Both the position numbers and the translations under genes were made by a program. The notes under the pieces were generated by a model that saw nothing but the letters and a program-made list of their open reading frames with translations, searched no databases and had not been told where the DNA came from. From Candidatus Latescibacterota bacterium (lineage in GTDB: Bacteria; Krumholzibacteriota; Krumholzibacteriia; WVZY01; JAKEHA01): a DNA stretch of 64,000 bases. Every line of letters begins with the position of its first letter. Position 1 is the first letter of the stretch. Below, one piece after another: positions 55,117 through 64,000 of this stretch. The stretch lies in assembly GCA_963707635.1 (NCBI GenBank), contig OY970173.1, positions 3,104,001 through 3,168,000 on the forward strand. Direction: 5' to 3'.

Positions 55117-56419
55117 ATCCGATGTAGTCCGGGCTGGTCGGCGGCGGGTCGAACACCCGCGCCAGGTCGATCACGATTTTCTCCCCGCGCGCGCCCCGCG
55201 CCGCCTCGGCGAACTCCTGTGTCCGGTGCCCCACCACCACCACTTCACCGAACGCCACCACTTCCTCGATGTCGGTCGAGAGCAGGCGCGAGATGTGCGG
55301 GATCTCCTTCTCGATGTACGCCTTGTTGGCCCCGGTCAGCCGGGCGAGCGACACGCTGTGGTCGTAGATGCGCAGGTCGTACCCCTTCCCCAGGCACATC
55401 TCGATCAGCCGCACGATCGGGCTCTCCCGCAGGTCGTCGGTCCCGGGCTTGAAACTCATGCCGAGAAACGACACGCGCTTCTTGCCCTGCTCGAAGATCA
55501 TGTTGGCGGCGCGGTCGATCTGGACGTCGTTGCTGGGGAGCAGCGACGAGAACAGCGGCAGGTTCAAATCGCGCGAACGGCCCAGATACACCAGCGCGCG
55601 CACGTCCTTGGGCAAACACGAGCCGCCGAACGCGAAGCCGGGCTTCAGGTACGCGGCCGAGATGTTGAGTTTCTTGTCGGCGACGAAGATGTTCATGACC
55701 TCGTGGCTGTCCACGCCGACCGACTTGCACAGCGTGCCGACTTCGTTCGCGAAACTGATTTTGACCGCGTGGAAGACGTTGTCCACGTACTTCACCATCT
55801 CCGCCACCTTGATCGGCGTCTTGAACACGGGCGCGTCGATCCCCGCGTAGAGGTCGACGATGGTCTGGGCGGTCGCGTCGCTGGCGGCCCCGACCACGGT
55901 CTTGGGCGGATTGAAGAAATCGTGGACGGCGGTCCCTTCGCGGAGGAACTCGGGATTGACGGCCACCTCGACCCGCGTCGGCAGCGTGCCCCCGAGACCC
56001 CGCTGCAGCGACGGGATCACGACCTGCTCGGTGCTGCCGGGGACCATGGTGCTGCGCACGCACACGATATGGCGGCCGGTCTTGTGGCGGAGCGCGGCGC
56101 CGATCTCCTCGCACACGCGCGCGACGTAATCCAGGTTGAGGCTCGCGTTGGGCCGGCTCGGCGTTCCGACGCAGATCAGCGATACCTCGGTAGCGGCGAT
56201 CGCCTCGTCGGCGGATGCCGCCGCGCGCAGACGCCCCGAGCGGACCGCCTCGGCGATCACGTCGTCCAGGTCCCTCTCGACGACCGGCGAACGGCCCTCC
56301 ATGAGGATCTCGCGCTTCGCCGGCGAGATATCGACGCCCACGACCTCGTGCCCGTTCTTCGCAAAGCACCCGGCCGACACGCAGCCGACGTAACCGAGTC
56401 CGAAGATGCTGATTCTCAT
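55106..56419 (-). CDS. UDP-glucose/GDP-mannose 6-dehydrogenase family protein
   Basis: GLGYVG, CVGTP, NPEFLREG, FGGSCLPKD and FKPGTDDLRESP. Confidence 0.92.
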   Translation of the reverse strand: MRISIFGLGYVGCVSAGCFAKNGHEVVGVDISPAKREILMEGRSPVVERDLDDVIAEAVRSGRLRAAASADEAIAATEVSLICVGTPSRPNASLNLDYVARVCEEIGAALRHKTGRHIVCVRSTMVPGSTEQVVIPSLQRGLGGTLPTRVEVAVNPEFLREGTAVHDFFNPPKTVVGAASDATAQTIVDLYAGIDAPVFKTPIKVAEMVKYVDNVFHAVKISFANEVGTLCKSVGVDSHEVMNIFVADKKLNISAAYLKPGFAFGGSCLPKDVRALVYLGRSRDLNLPLFSSLLPSNDVQIDRAANMIFEQGKKRVSFLGMSFKPGTDDLRESPIVRLIEMCLGKGYDLRIYDHSVSLARLTGANKAYIEKEIPHISRLLSTDIEEVVAFGEVVVVGHRTQEFAEAARGARGEKIVIDLARVFDPPPTSPDYIGFNW

Positions 56420-56443
56420 TCTCTCCTCTTTCTACCAGCGGCC

Positions 56444-57766
56444 TTACATGCCGTCGAGGGCCCGCGCGAGCTTCGCCGTCAGCTCGCGCCGTTCGTACGC
56501 GTTCGCGGCGTCACTGCGCCGTGCAACCGCCGTACCAGCCGCCCACGCCTCGTACAACTCTTCGATCGCCCGCGACGCGCCGCCGACGTCGTCGGGCCCG
56601 ACGCATACCCCCGCCTTCGTTTCGCGCAGGATCTCGCGGACTTCGCCCTCGGGCGCCAGGGCCAGGATCGGATTGCCCGTCCCCAGGTACTGGTAGAACT
56701 TCGACGGGACCCACCCCCGGCTCTTCTCGCCGCGCGAGAGGACGAGCAGCAGCACATCCGAGTTCTTCAACACGCGCAGGTGCTCGTCGTAGCCGATGTA
56801 GCCGAGCCGTTCGACGACGCTGTCGAGGCCGCGCTCATGGATAATCGGGTCGTACCCGTGGCCGAGCACGCCCATGAACCGCACCCGCGTGTTCGCCTTT
56901 ACCTCCGGGCGGCGCGCGAAGAACGCCTCCAGCGCCTCGAAGAAATACAACGGCGAGTACGTCTTCATGACCTCGTCGCCCGCGCCGCCGGTGAAGTTCG
57001 AGCCGATACTGTAGTAGAACGCGCCCGCGTAGGTAATTGTGAATTTCTCGTTCCGGGTCCGCGGGATGGGGTCGAAATCCTCGGCGTCGAAGCCGTTATG
57101 GATGGCGATGAACTTCTCTCGCGGCTGACCGCCCCCGAACTCGTCCGCCATGCGGGTGTCGTTGAAGCGCGTGTTGGAGATGACGAGGTCACTTCGCCGG
57201 GCCACCCACGCCTCCAGCCGCCGGTCGACGCTGCGCCGGAGGCCCGTCCCGCGCGCGTAGTCGAGATTCTGGGTCCACGGATCGCGGTAGTCGATCGCCA
57301 CCCGCACGCCCCGGGAACGCTTCAGGAGGGCGCCGATCAGGAAAGACGAGAACGGGCTGCCAGAGATGTAGACGTGATGGATCCCGTGCTCGCGGATCAG
57401 CCGGCGCGCCGCACGCAATGCCGATGGCACCCAGCCGAGGCGGGTGTCCGGGAGCGCGAACCAGTTCCACACCAGATAGACGCGGGTCTGGATACGGGAT
57501 GAAAGTGTCCTGGTAGAGGATGTTTCCTGGGGTCGATCGAACCCTTCGTTGAACCGTTCGAACGAGCGGCTCCGGACCACCTTCGTGCCCGCCGGCACCA
57601 GCTCCAAGAGCGACGGGTCGAAGGTTGGATACTTCCCGTTGGAAGCGGTCAGCACGACGGGTTCCCATCCGAGTTCCGGCAGATACTTGATGAACTTGAG
57701 CGTCCGATACACGCCGACCGCACCGGCGGGGGGAAAGAAGTACGCGATGACGAGTAGTTTCTTCAC
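56444..57766 (-). CDS. Glycosyltransferase family 4
   Basis: IAYFFPP, DYRDPW, IHNGFD and PSKFYQYL; GTGA overlap with the upstream gene. Confidence 0.85.
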   Translation of the reverse strand: MKKLLVIAYFFPPAGAVGVYRTLKFIKYLPELGWEPVVLTASNGKYPTFDPSLLELVPAGTKVVRSRSFERFNEGFDRPQETSSTRTLSSRIQTRVYLVWNWFALPDTRLGWVPSALRAARRLIREHGIHHVYISGSPFSSFLIGALLKRSRGVRVAIDYRDPWTQNLDYARGTGLRRSVDRRLEAWVARRSDLVISNTRFNDTRMADEFGGGQPREKFIAIHNGFDAEDFDPIPRTRNEKFTITYAGAFYYSIGSNFTGGAGDEVMKTYSPLYFFEALEAFFARRPEVKANTRVRFMGVLGHGYDPIIHERGLDSVVERLGYIGYDEHLRVLKNSDVLLLVLSRGEKSRGWVPSKFYQYLGTGNPILALAPEGEVREILRETKAGVCVGPDDVGGASRAIEELYEAWAAGTAVARRSDAANAYERRELTAKLARALDGM

Positions 57767-59913
57767 GACCGCCCCCGGGACAGCTCGTCCAGCCAGTCCA
57801 TCGAGGACGACGCGACGGATGCGTTCGTCGGGGGCCGCTTCCCGGGCCCGACGATCACCCGTCCGCCAACCACGATCGAGAGCGGGTCCAGGCGGATGGC
57901 CACGATGCGACGGCGGCCGGGCGACTCGACGGCGCACGCGATTTCCGAGGGACCCATTCGGATCGGCTCGACCGTCTCCTCGGGCGCGCGCAGCACCGAC
58001 ACCATCGCGAAGCCGTCGTCGAATTCCACGCTGACCCGCAGGGTCGCGCCGCGTTGGAGATCGCCGTGCCAGCGCGAGTACTGCGAGGCGATGTGGTCGG
58101 CGTCGATGATCTCTACGCGAACGGGGCGCTCGCCGAACGCTTCGAACACGCGCACGAAGCGGGCCGCGTCCGTCATGCGTACGCGCTCCCCTTCCACCAG
58201 GACGGCGCCCGGGGCGAGCGGGGTGTGAAACATCGCGGCCGCCCAGTGCGAACCCGCGCTGCCCCGCAGCTGGAGCGCGTCTGCGACCAGGAGCGTCGCC
58301 CCCACCTTGACCAGCGCCCGCGTGTGCAGGAACGCCGCGCCGCCGGTGCCGGGCAGGCTCCGCCGCGACGCCGCGGCAGCAACGTCGCCCTCCACGCCGA
58401 AGCCGAGCGGCTCGTCGCTCGCCACCGTTTCCCACTGGAACGTGTCCACGGGCTTCATCGATTCCACTCCGTCCACCCGCAGCGTGTTGTGGGCGTTCGC
58501 GCCCCGGAAATGATCACGCGCCACGGGATCCCGGTAGTACAGATACGTGCCCGAGTCGATGAACAGGGGCACGCCATCGAGCTCGAGCTCGAACCCGCCC
58601 GCGTCCGCGTGCAGGTGCCCATTTGAGAAGAGCCGCCGGTGCTGCGGTCCGTGCGTGACCACGAGGTGCGAGGCCGCATCCCTCGCCACGTCGATGCCCG
58701 CGTCGAAGAAACGGCGCGAATGAACGAGCGGTGCGCGCACCGCGAGCAGCTCGCGTCCCCACGCCGTACCGGCCAGCACACGCGCGTGCGCCGGGCGGAG
58801 CATGTCCGCGAACACGATCCCTTCCTCCGCGATTCGCGGTGCGTCCGTCCACCCGCGCAGCACGAAGAAATCGGTGATGCTGTCGTCGCCGATCATGGGC
58901 ATGCGCCCGGACGGGGCGACCATCGCGAGGAGCACTTCCGCCATCGCGCGCGCGCCGCCCAAAACGACCGGGTGCGGCGCCTCGCCCCGCAGCGCCTTCG
59001 CGTGCAGGTACAGGAGGAAGAAATCCAGCGTGTAGCACTGATAGTTGACCGCGTTCTCGTACTGGAATCCGTCCTTCAGGATCTGCTTTTCGGCCTGGCT
59101 GGCGAGCACCGCTTCGGCGCGGCGCATCCACTCGGGCGCGTCCTTCAGGATCGGCCAGTAGGCCGCGAACGCAAACAGCATCGCCGCCTCGCCGATCAGG
59201 TGGTTGTTCGGCACATCCCGCTGCGAGAAGTGCGCCAGCAGGTGGTCCGCCTGGCGGAGCGCCATGCGGATGATGCGCTCGCACGCAGCGTCGTCGGGCG
59301 GCGGCGCGTCGGCGAGGGCCGCGAGCGTCGTGCTCCACGCGACCAGCCGCGTGCCCGCTTCGAGCGGACTGCCCCAGTTCGCACCGACCAGGTACGGGTT
59401 CGCCGCGCACCACGAATCCATCAGACCGCACGCGTCGCGCGCGAAGGCGGCCTCCCCCGTGGCCCGATAGGCGGCGGCGTAGTCGGCGAGGAATCGCATC
59501 TGGTTGAGGCGCCAGAGCACGTCGATGTCGGACCCTTCGAGCTGATAGGAAATGGTCTCGACGTAGTGGCGCGGCCACGTCACGTGGAAGAACGGATCCT
59601 GGTGCCAGTCGGTCGCGGGCGAGACACGGACGCGGCGCTTCAGGATCTCGACGTCTCCGTGGCGCACGCGCTCGAGTGCGGCGGCGTCCAGGGGCGGCGG
59701 ATCCCGCCATAACTCCGCAGGCGTCGACCGAAGATGGGCTGCCCACATTCGGGCGAAGCCGCTTGCGCTGCCGAGGTCCACCCCGGCGGCGGGTATGAGC
59801 CTCGCGCTGATCTCGGCGCGGCCCAGTTCGGGGCGCAGGCGCTCGTAGTAGAAGCGTCGCCAGCGGCGTATCGCCGCCTGGCGGACTCTCACCGGGAGGT
59901 TGGGGCGTGGCAA
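57763..59913 (-). CDS. Heparinase II/III-family protein (start uncertain)
   Basis: NNHLIGEA, QILKDG..YE...Y, IGDD, GHLHAD, DSGTY and AHNTLRVDG. Confidence 0.85.
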   Translation of the reverse strand: MPRPNLPVRVRQAAIRRWRRFYYERLRPELGRAEISARLIPAAGVDLGSASGFARMWAAHLRSTPAELWRDPPPLDAAALERVRHGDVEILKRRVRVSPATDWHQDPFFHVTWPRHYVETISYQLEGSDIDVLWRLNQMRFLADYAAAYRATGEAAFARDACGLMDSWCAANPYLVGANWGSPLEAGTRLVAWSTTLAALADAPPPDDAACERIIRMALRQADHLLAHFSQRDVPNNHLIGEAAMLFAFAAYWPILKDAPEWMRRAEAVLASQAEKQILKDGFQYENAVNYQCYTLDFFLLYLHAKALRGEAPHPVVLGGARAMAEVLLAMVAPSGRMPMIGDDSITDFFVLRGWTDAPRIAEEGIVFADMLRPAHARVLAGTAWGRELLAVRAPLVHSRRFFDAGIDVARDAASHLVVTHGPQHRRLFSNGHLHADAGGFELELDGVPLFIDSGTYLYYRDPVARDHFRGANAHNTLRVDGVESMKPVDTFQWETVASDEPLGFGVEGDVAAAASRRSLPGTGGAAFLHTRALVKVGATLLVADALQLRGSAGSHWAAAMFHTPLAPGAVLVEGERVRMTDAARFVRVFEAFGERPVRVEIIDADHIASQYSRWHGDLQRGATLRVSVEFDDGFAMVSVLRAPEETVEPIRMGPSEIACAVESPGRRRIVAIRLDPLSIVVGGRVIVGPGKRPPTNASVASSSMDWLDELSRGRS

Positions 59914-60020
59914 TGGGGAGCCTCGGCAATGCGGAGATGGGCGTACGACTCGATGCCTGGGCATCAAGAATATCAGCCACGGGCACCGGGACGCAACCGT
60001 AAAGGATTGCCCCCAAAACA

Positions 60021-60051
60021 GAAGCGGCCCGCGCTTGACGCGGGCCGCTTC
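60021..60051 (-). terminator. Rho-independent terminator after the HTH-PTS gene
   Basis: GAAGCGGCCCGCG/CGCGGGCCGCTTC 13-bp stem followed by TGTTTT on the minus strand. Confidence 0.75.
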
Positions 60052-60076
60052 CAACCTGCGTGGCCCGGGCTTCGGC

Positions 60077-60943
60077 TCAGTGACTGATGCGGGCGTCCCA
60101 GGCCGTGATCACGCGGTGCATCTCCCGGCCCGTTTTCGCCTTCGCCAGCACCTGCAGGAACTCCGGCGTCGAGCACAGGCGCGCGATTCGCGCCAGGATC
60201 GGCAGGTGGTGCTCGGTGTTCCCTTCCCGTCCGATGAGGAAGAACACCGTCTTCACCTTGTCCGCTTCGGTCGGTCCGTACGGAATCGGACGCTGCAGGA
60301 GCAACGCCCCGATGGTCGGACGGTCCAGGCCGGGCACGAAGGCGTGCGGGATGCCGACGCCACCGCCGACGCTGGTCGGCGCCTGCTGCTCGCGCTTCTC
60401 GAGGCGCTCGAGCAGCGCCTCGGCGGACACGTTCTTGTTCTTCTTCGTCACTTCTTTGACGAAGCGCTGGAACAGCCGTTCCTTGTTCTGCACCGCCACC
60501 CCCGCATGACACAGCGCCACGTCCAGATACTCGTCCAGCGTGTGACTGATGGCGCCCGATTTCTTCTTCGCCGCCGTGGACTTGAGCACGCCGGTGCGGC
60601 GCTTCTTGTCGGCGACGATCTCACGCAGCTGCGTGAAGTCCTGAGCGAGCATGCCGCTGCGCATCGCGGTGAGCATGAACTCCGCGGCTTCCGGCGTCTC
60701 GCTCATGAATTTCATCAGGTCCGGGTGCAGCGTGCGCGCCGTCCCCAGCAGATAGCCCTCCGAAACCCCCAGCATCTCGGCCACCTGCACGATGCGGGCC
60801 CGCGGAATCTTGTGCTGGCGGCCCGCCTCGATCTGACTCAAAAACGCGGGCGACACGCCCAACTGCCTCGCCAGCTCCCGCAGCGAAATGCCCTTCGCCT
60901 GGCGCAGCAGTCTGATGGTCGGCCCGAATGCGATTCCTTGCAT
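60077..60943 (-). CDS. XRE-type HTH domain fused to a PTS EIIA (Ntr/fructose-type) domain
   Basis: LRELARQLGVSPAFLSQIEAG; REQQAPTSVGGGVGIPHA and HLPILARIAR. Confidence 0.85.
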   Translation of the reverse strand: MQGIAFGPTIRLLRQAKGISLRELARQLGVSPAFLSQIEAGRQHKIPRARIVQVAEMLGVSEGYLLGTARTLHPDLMKFMSETPEAAEFMLTAMRSGMLAQDFTQLREIVADKKRRTGVLKSTAAKKKSGAISHTLDEYLDVALCHAGVAVQNKERLFQRFVKEVTKKNKNVSAEALLERLEKREQQAPTSVGGGVGIPHAFVPGLDRPTIGALLLQRPIPYGPTEADKVKTVFFLIGREGNTEHHLPILARIARLCSTPEFLQVLAKAKTGREMHRVITAWDARISH

Positions 60944-61023
60944 GACTCAAACCCCTTCCTTGGTTGCTAACGACGATGATGAATGTAAACTAGATGATTA
61001 AATTCGTCAACGAAATTTCGGCG

Positions 61024-62269
61024 CTACCGGTCCTGCAGCGCCACGTGGGCGAAGATTTTGGCGTCGGCCAGCTGGTGGGATATACGCGCGTGTTCATCCG
61101 GCCGGTGCGCCTGTTCGTCGAGCGTGGCCCACACCACGCACGGGAACCCGGCCTCGCGCAGGTACTTGGCCACGGTGCCGCCGCCGATGCCGATGGTCTT
61201 GGGCTGCTTGCTGGCGCAACTCCTTGACCGCCCGGGTGATGGCGGTCGCCACCGCGCAGTCGGCCGGGGTCGGCGGAGCGGCGATCTCCCGCTGCATGAA
61301 GGTCATCTCGATCTTCACGCGGAACTTCTTCTCGGTCTCCTTGACCAGCATCTTGATGTGGCGCGTCACGTCGTCGACCTTGTAGGCCGGCAGAATCCGG
61401 CAGTCGAAGTAGATCACGTCTTCGCCCGGGATGGTGTTGATGTTGGGCACGTTCGCTTCCTTCTTGGTCGGCTCGAAAGTCGAGTTGGACGGATGGAAGA
61501 GCGGGTCGCGCTTACGGAACTTCTGGTACAGCGACTCCATACGCACGGTGAGGTACGCCGCCGCCTTGTGGGCGTTGATCCCGGTCGCGGGGGTGGAGCC
61601 GTGCGTCTGCTTGCCCTTGGTGCGGAAGCGGATCCACAGGATGCTCTTCTCCGCCACCTCGATCTCGGTGCCGTGCTCGTTGCCCGAGTCGGGGATAATG
61701 ATCAGGTCGTCCTTGCGGAACAGGTCGCGGTGCTGCTTGAGCAGGAATATCAGCCCGTGCGTGCTGGCGGTCTCTTCGTCGGCCACGAATGCGAGCGCGA
61801 GCGGGAGCTTCGGCGTCACGCGGGCGTCGATGAACGCCTTCGCCGTCATGACCGCAGAGGTCAGCCCGCCCTGGTTGTCCTCGACGCCGCGCGCGGTCAT
61901 CACGTCCCCGTCGGTGCGAACCACCCACGGGTCGCCGGTCCACAGCGAGAGGTCGCCGGGCGGGACCACGTCGGTGTGCGCGATGATCCACAGCCGCGGC
62001 CCGCTCGACGTCGCGGGATAGTAGGTGACCAGGTTTGGACGCCGGCCGCTGGGCACGCGCGGATCGGGCGAATCGTACTGGGTGACCTTGAGCCCGAGCG
62101 ATTCGAGGTAGGACTTGAGGAATGCGGCTTTTTCCACTTCGCCGATTCCGCCGCTGGTCGGGTCCAGCGCGGGGCGCTTGCAGAGTTCGGTTTGCAGGCG
62201 GATGACGTCGTCGCGATAGCCGTCGATGCGCGCGACGACCGCGGAAAGCGCGTTCTTGTCCATCAACAC
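61024..62269 (-). CDS. M20-family metallohydrolase (DapE/ArgE-like; frameshift ~61210)
   Basis: AHTDVVPPG, RGVEDNQ, ADEE and HGS. The C-terminus GIGGGTVA...AHRPDE lies in a shifted frame. Confidence 0.85.
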
Positions 62270-62414
62270 TCCAGCGTATCAGCAGCTGTGCTTTGAAGTC
62301 GAAATACTGGTTCGCGGGCGATCCAGCGGGTTCCTCCGGGGGGCCACCTCCACCACTCTCCCACCGTGGTCGCGAGTCCGGAAGATACCCCGCCGCGGCC
62401 GGGGAGTCAACCGT

Positions 62415-62945
62415 TTACCATCCTGAAAAGAAGCCGGCGCCGTACACGATCTCCCCGCCGTAGCAGGCGGCGACCAGGGCGGAGGCAACCGCCAGTAGGA
62501 GTACGATCCGGTAGAGAAACAGTTCCCAGATTTGTCCGCTGCGCCGTACTCCGGCGGCGAGGCTGGCCGCGAGCACGGCCAGAACCGCCACCACGATGCC
62601 CGCGATGCGGTGGATCGCGAACGCGTCCTCTGCCGACGGCGGAATCGTGATCGCACTCGCGCGGGCAAACCCGGCCAGCGCCGCCGGCGCGGCCATCCAG
62701 GCCGCCGCCGTCACCATGAAACGCGCGGCGTCGGCGAAATAGCCCTCGCGGCGGATGATACAGAGCAGCTCCGCGACGGCGGCCATCACCAGCAGAGCGA
62801 CCGGGAAGTGGACGAGGGCGGGGTGCAATCGGCCCACCGCATCCAGGAAGCCGGACGGCGGCGCGGCGCCTTCCCCCGCCGCCGCGAAAGCGGCGACGGC
62901 CAGCGGAGCCGACAGGAGTCCCAGGCATGCGAACGTCCTACGCAT
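62415..62945 (-). CDS. DUF2231-like membrane protein
   Basis: LHPALVHFPVALL, H in TM3 and GGEIVYG. Confidence 0.75.
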   Translation of the reverse strand: MRRTFACLGLLSAPLAVAAFAAAGEGAAPPSGFLDAVGRLHPALVHFPVALLVMAAVAELLCIIRREGYFADAARFMVTAAAWMAAPAALAGFARASAITIPPSAEDAFAIHRIAGIVVAVLAVLAASLAAGVRRSGQIWELFLYRIVLLLAVASALVAACYGGEIVYGAGFFSGW

Positions 62946-63668
62946 CGATGATCCCTTCGAACAGGCTCGACGTCACACGCGCGACGGGCGCTGCGCGCGC
63001 GCGACGCAGCGCGAAGTGTTCCGGGGTCGCGACCTCCCGGTAGTCGAACTTCGCCTGCAGGCTCAAGAAGAAGTCGTACTGCGTCTCGTGCGCGCGTATC
63101 GCGGCGAGCTTGCGGTCCATCGCCTCGCCACGCGATCGGCACCCGCGCCGCCACTTCATGATCCGCGAGCGGATCCAGATTCGGCCGCTGGTAGAGCGGC
63201 GCCTTGCTGGCCGGAATGCCCCATTCGTAGGAGCGGGCGGGCCCGGCCGTCGCCCGCTTCCTCGCACGCGCGTTCGAGAAGATTCGCCACCGCGACGTGA
63301 TCCGGATGCCCCGACACCCCGCGGTGATGAAACGTCAGCACGACCTGCGGCCGGTAACGACGCACATCGGCCAGAATCTCCTTCACCGCCCACGCGGGGT
63401 CCACGCCGGCCACGCCTCGATCCGGCGCGCCCAGGATGCGATGCTCCGCCACGCCGAGTTCCCGGCACGCGGCGGCCAGCTCGAGGCGTCGTCGTCGCGC
63501 CAGCTCATCCGGCGCGAGCGACTTCGAAACACCGATCGTTCCCGCTTCCCCAGCGGTGAACGTCGTCACGAACACATCTACGCCGTCGAGCACGCACTGC
63601 GCGATGGTCCCTCCGGGACCGTAGCATTCATCGTCGGGGTGGGCAAACACGCACAGGAGGCGGCTCAT
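62938..63668 (-). CDS. PIG-L family deacetylase (BshB/MshB-like; frameshifts ~63245 and ~63130)
   Basis: FAHPDDE, T.GEAG, GHPDH and KLAAIRAHETQ. Confidence 0.82.
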
Positions 63669-63780
63669 GGGTGCAGCGAAAGTAGCGTCGCGGCACGCCG
63701 GAGTCAACGGTTGCGTCGCGTGCGCCGCGTGATCGATAATTGCTGGATGGCCGGTGCCTCGCGCGCCGGTCGAACGAACC

Positions 63781-64000
63781 ATGCGCATCCTCCACCGCTA
63801 CCTGTACTGGCTCCACACCCAATGGCCCGCGGGGCGCGTCGAGAAACTCCCCGTCGCGGGCGATGACGGCTCCACCAACATCCCCGGCCTGTACATCACC
63901 GGTGACCTCCTCGGCATACCGCTGCTCAAGTTCGCGGCGGACAGCGGTGCCCGGGTGGTCCACACGATCTGCGCGGACAAGGCGTTCAACGCGGAGCGGT
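63781..64000 (+). CDS. 5' part of a probable FAD/NAD(P)-dependent oxidoreductase (runs off the window)
   Basis: My translation MRILHRYLYWLHTQWPAGRVEKLP...STNIPGLYITGDLLGIPLLK contains a thioredoxin-reductase-like TxxxGxxxxGD motif. Confidence 0.6.
   Translation, partial: MRILHRYLYWLHTQWPAGRVEKLPVAGDDGSTNIPGLYITGDLLGIPLLKFAADSGARVVHTICADKAFNAER

Overview
A GC-rich 64-kb stretch of bacterial chromosome, mostly housekeeping and envelope genes. It holds czcCBA-type heavy-metal efflux, a transketolase-like gene, cyclophilin, ligA, dipeptidyl peptidase III, mgtE, pepT, uppP, a leucine/methylcrotonyl-CoA catabolic cluster, a sufBCDSU-sufT operon extended by a bacilliredoxin and an unknown Cys protein, an ECF sigma/anti-sigma pair and a polysaccharide locus. 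I saw no rRNA, tRNA, CRISPR array, integrase or transposase. Gene content (T9SS/FlgD-type C-terminal domains, TWGxxKxLY-tailed proteins) suggests an FCB-group candidate phylum such as Krumholzibacteriota, Latescibacterota or Eisenbacteria; this is inference only. Many conserved genes carry small frameshifts, most likely long-read assembly errors. The most interesting signals are: (1) four secreted proteins ending in the same short tail, [LI]A[VT]xxx[ST]WGx[IV]KSLYx-stop, a candidate protein-sorting signal sitting beside classical T9SS-CTD cargo; (2) one of these genes lies in an exact 1,100-bp insertion that duplicates the 3' end of the upstream gene; (3) a Suf operon coupled to a bacilliredoxin; (4) REP/REPIN-like repeats, a structured suf leader and frequent leaderless genes.
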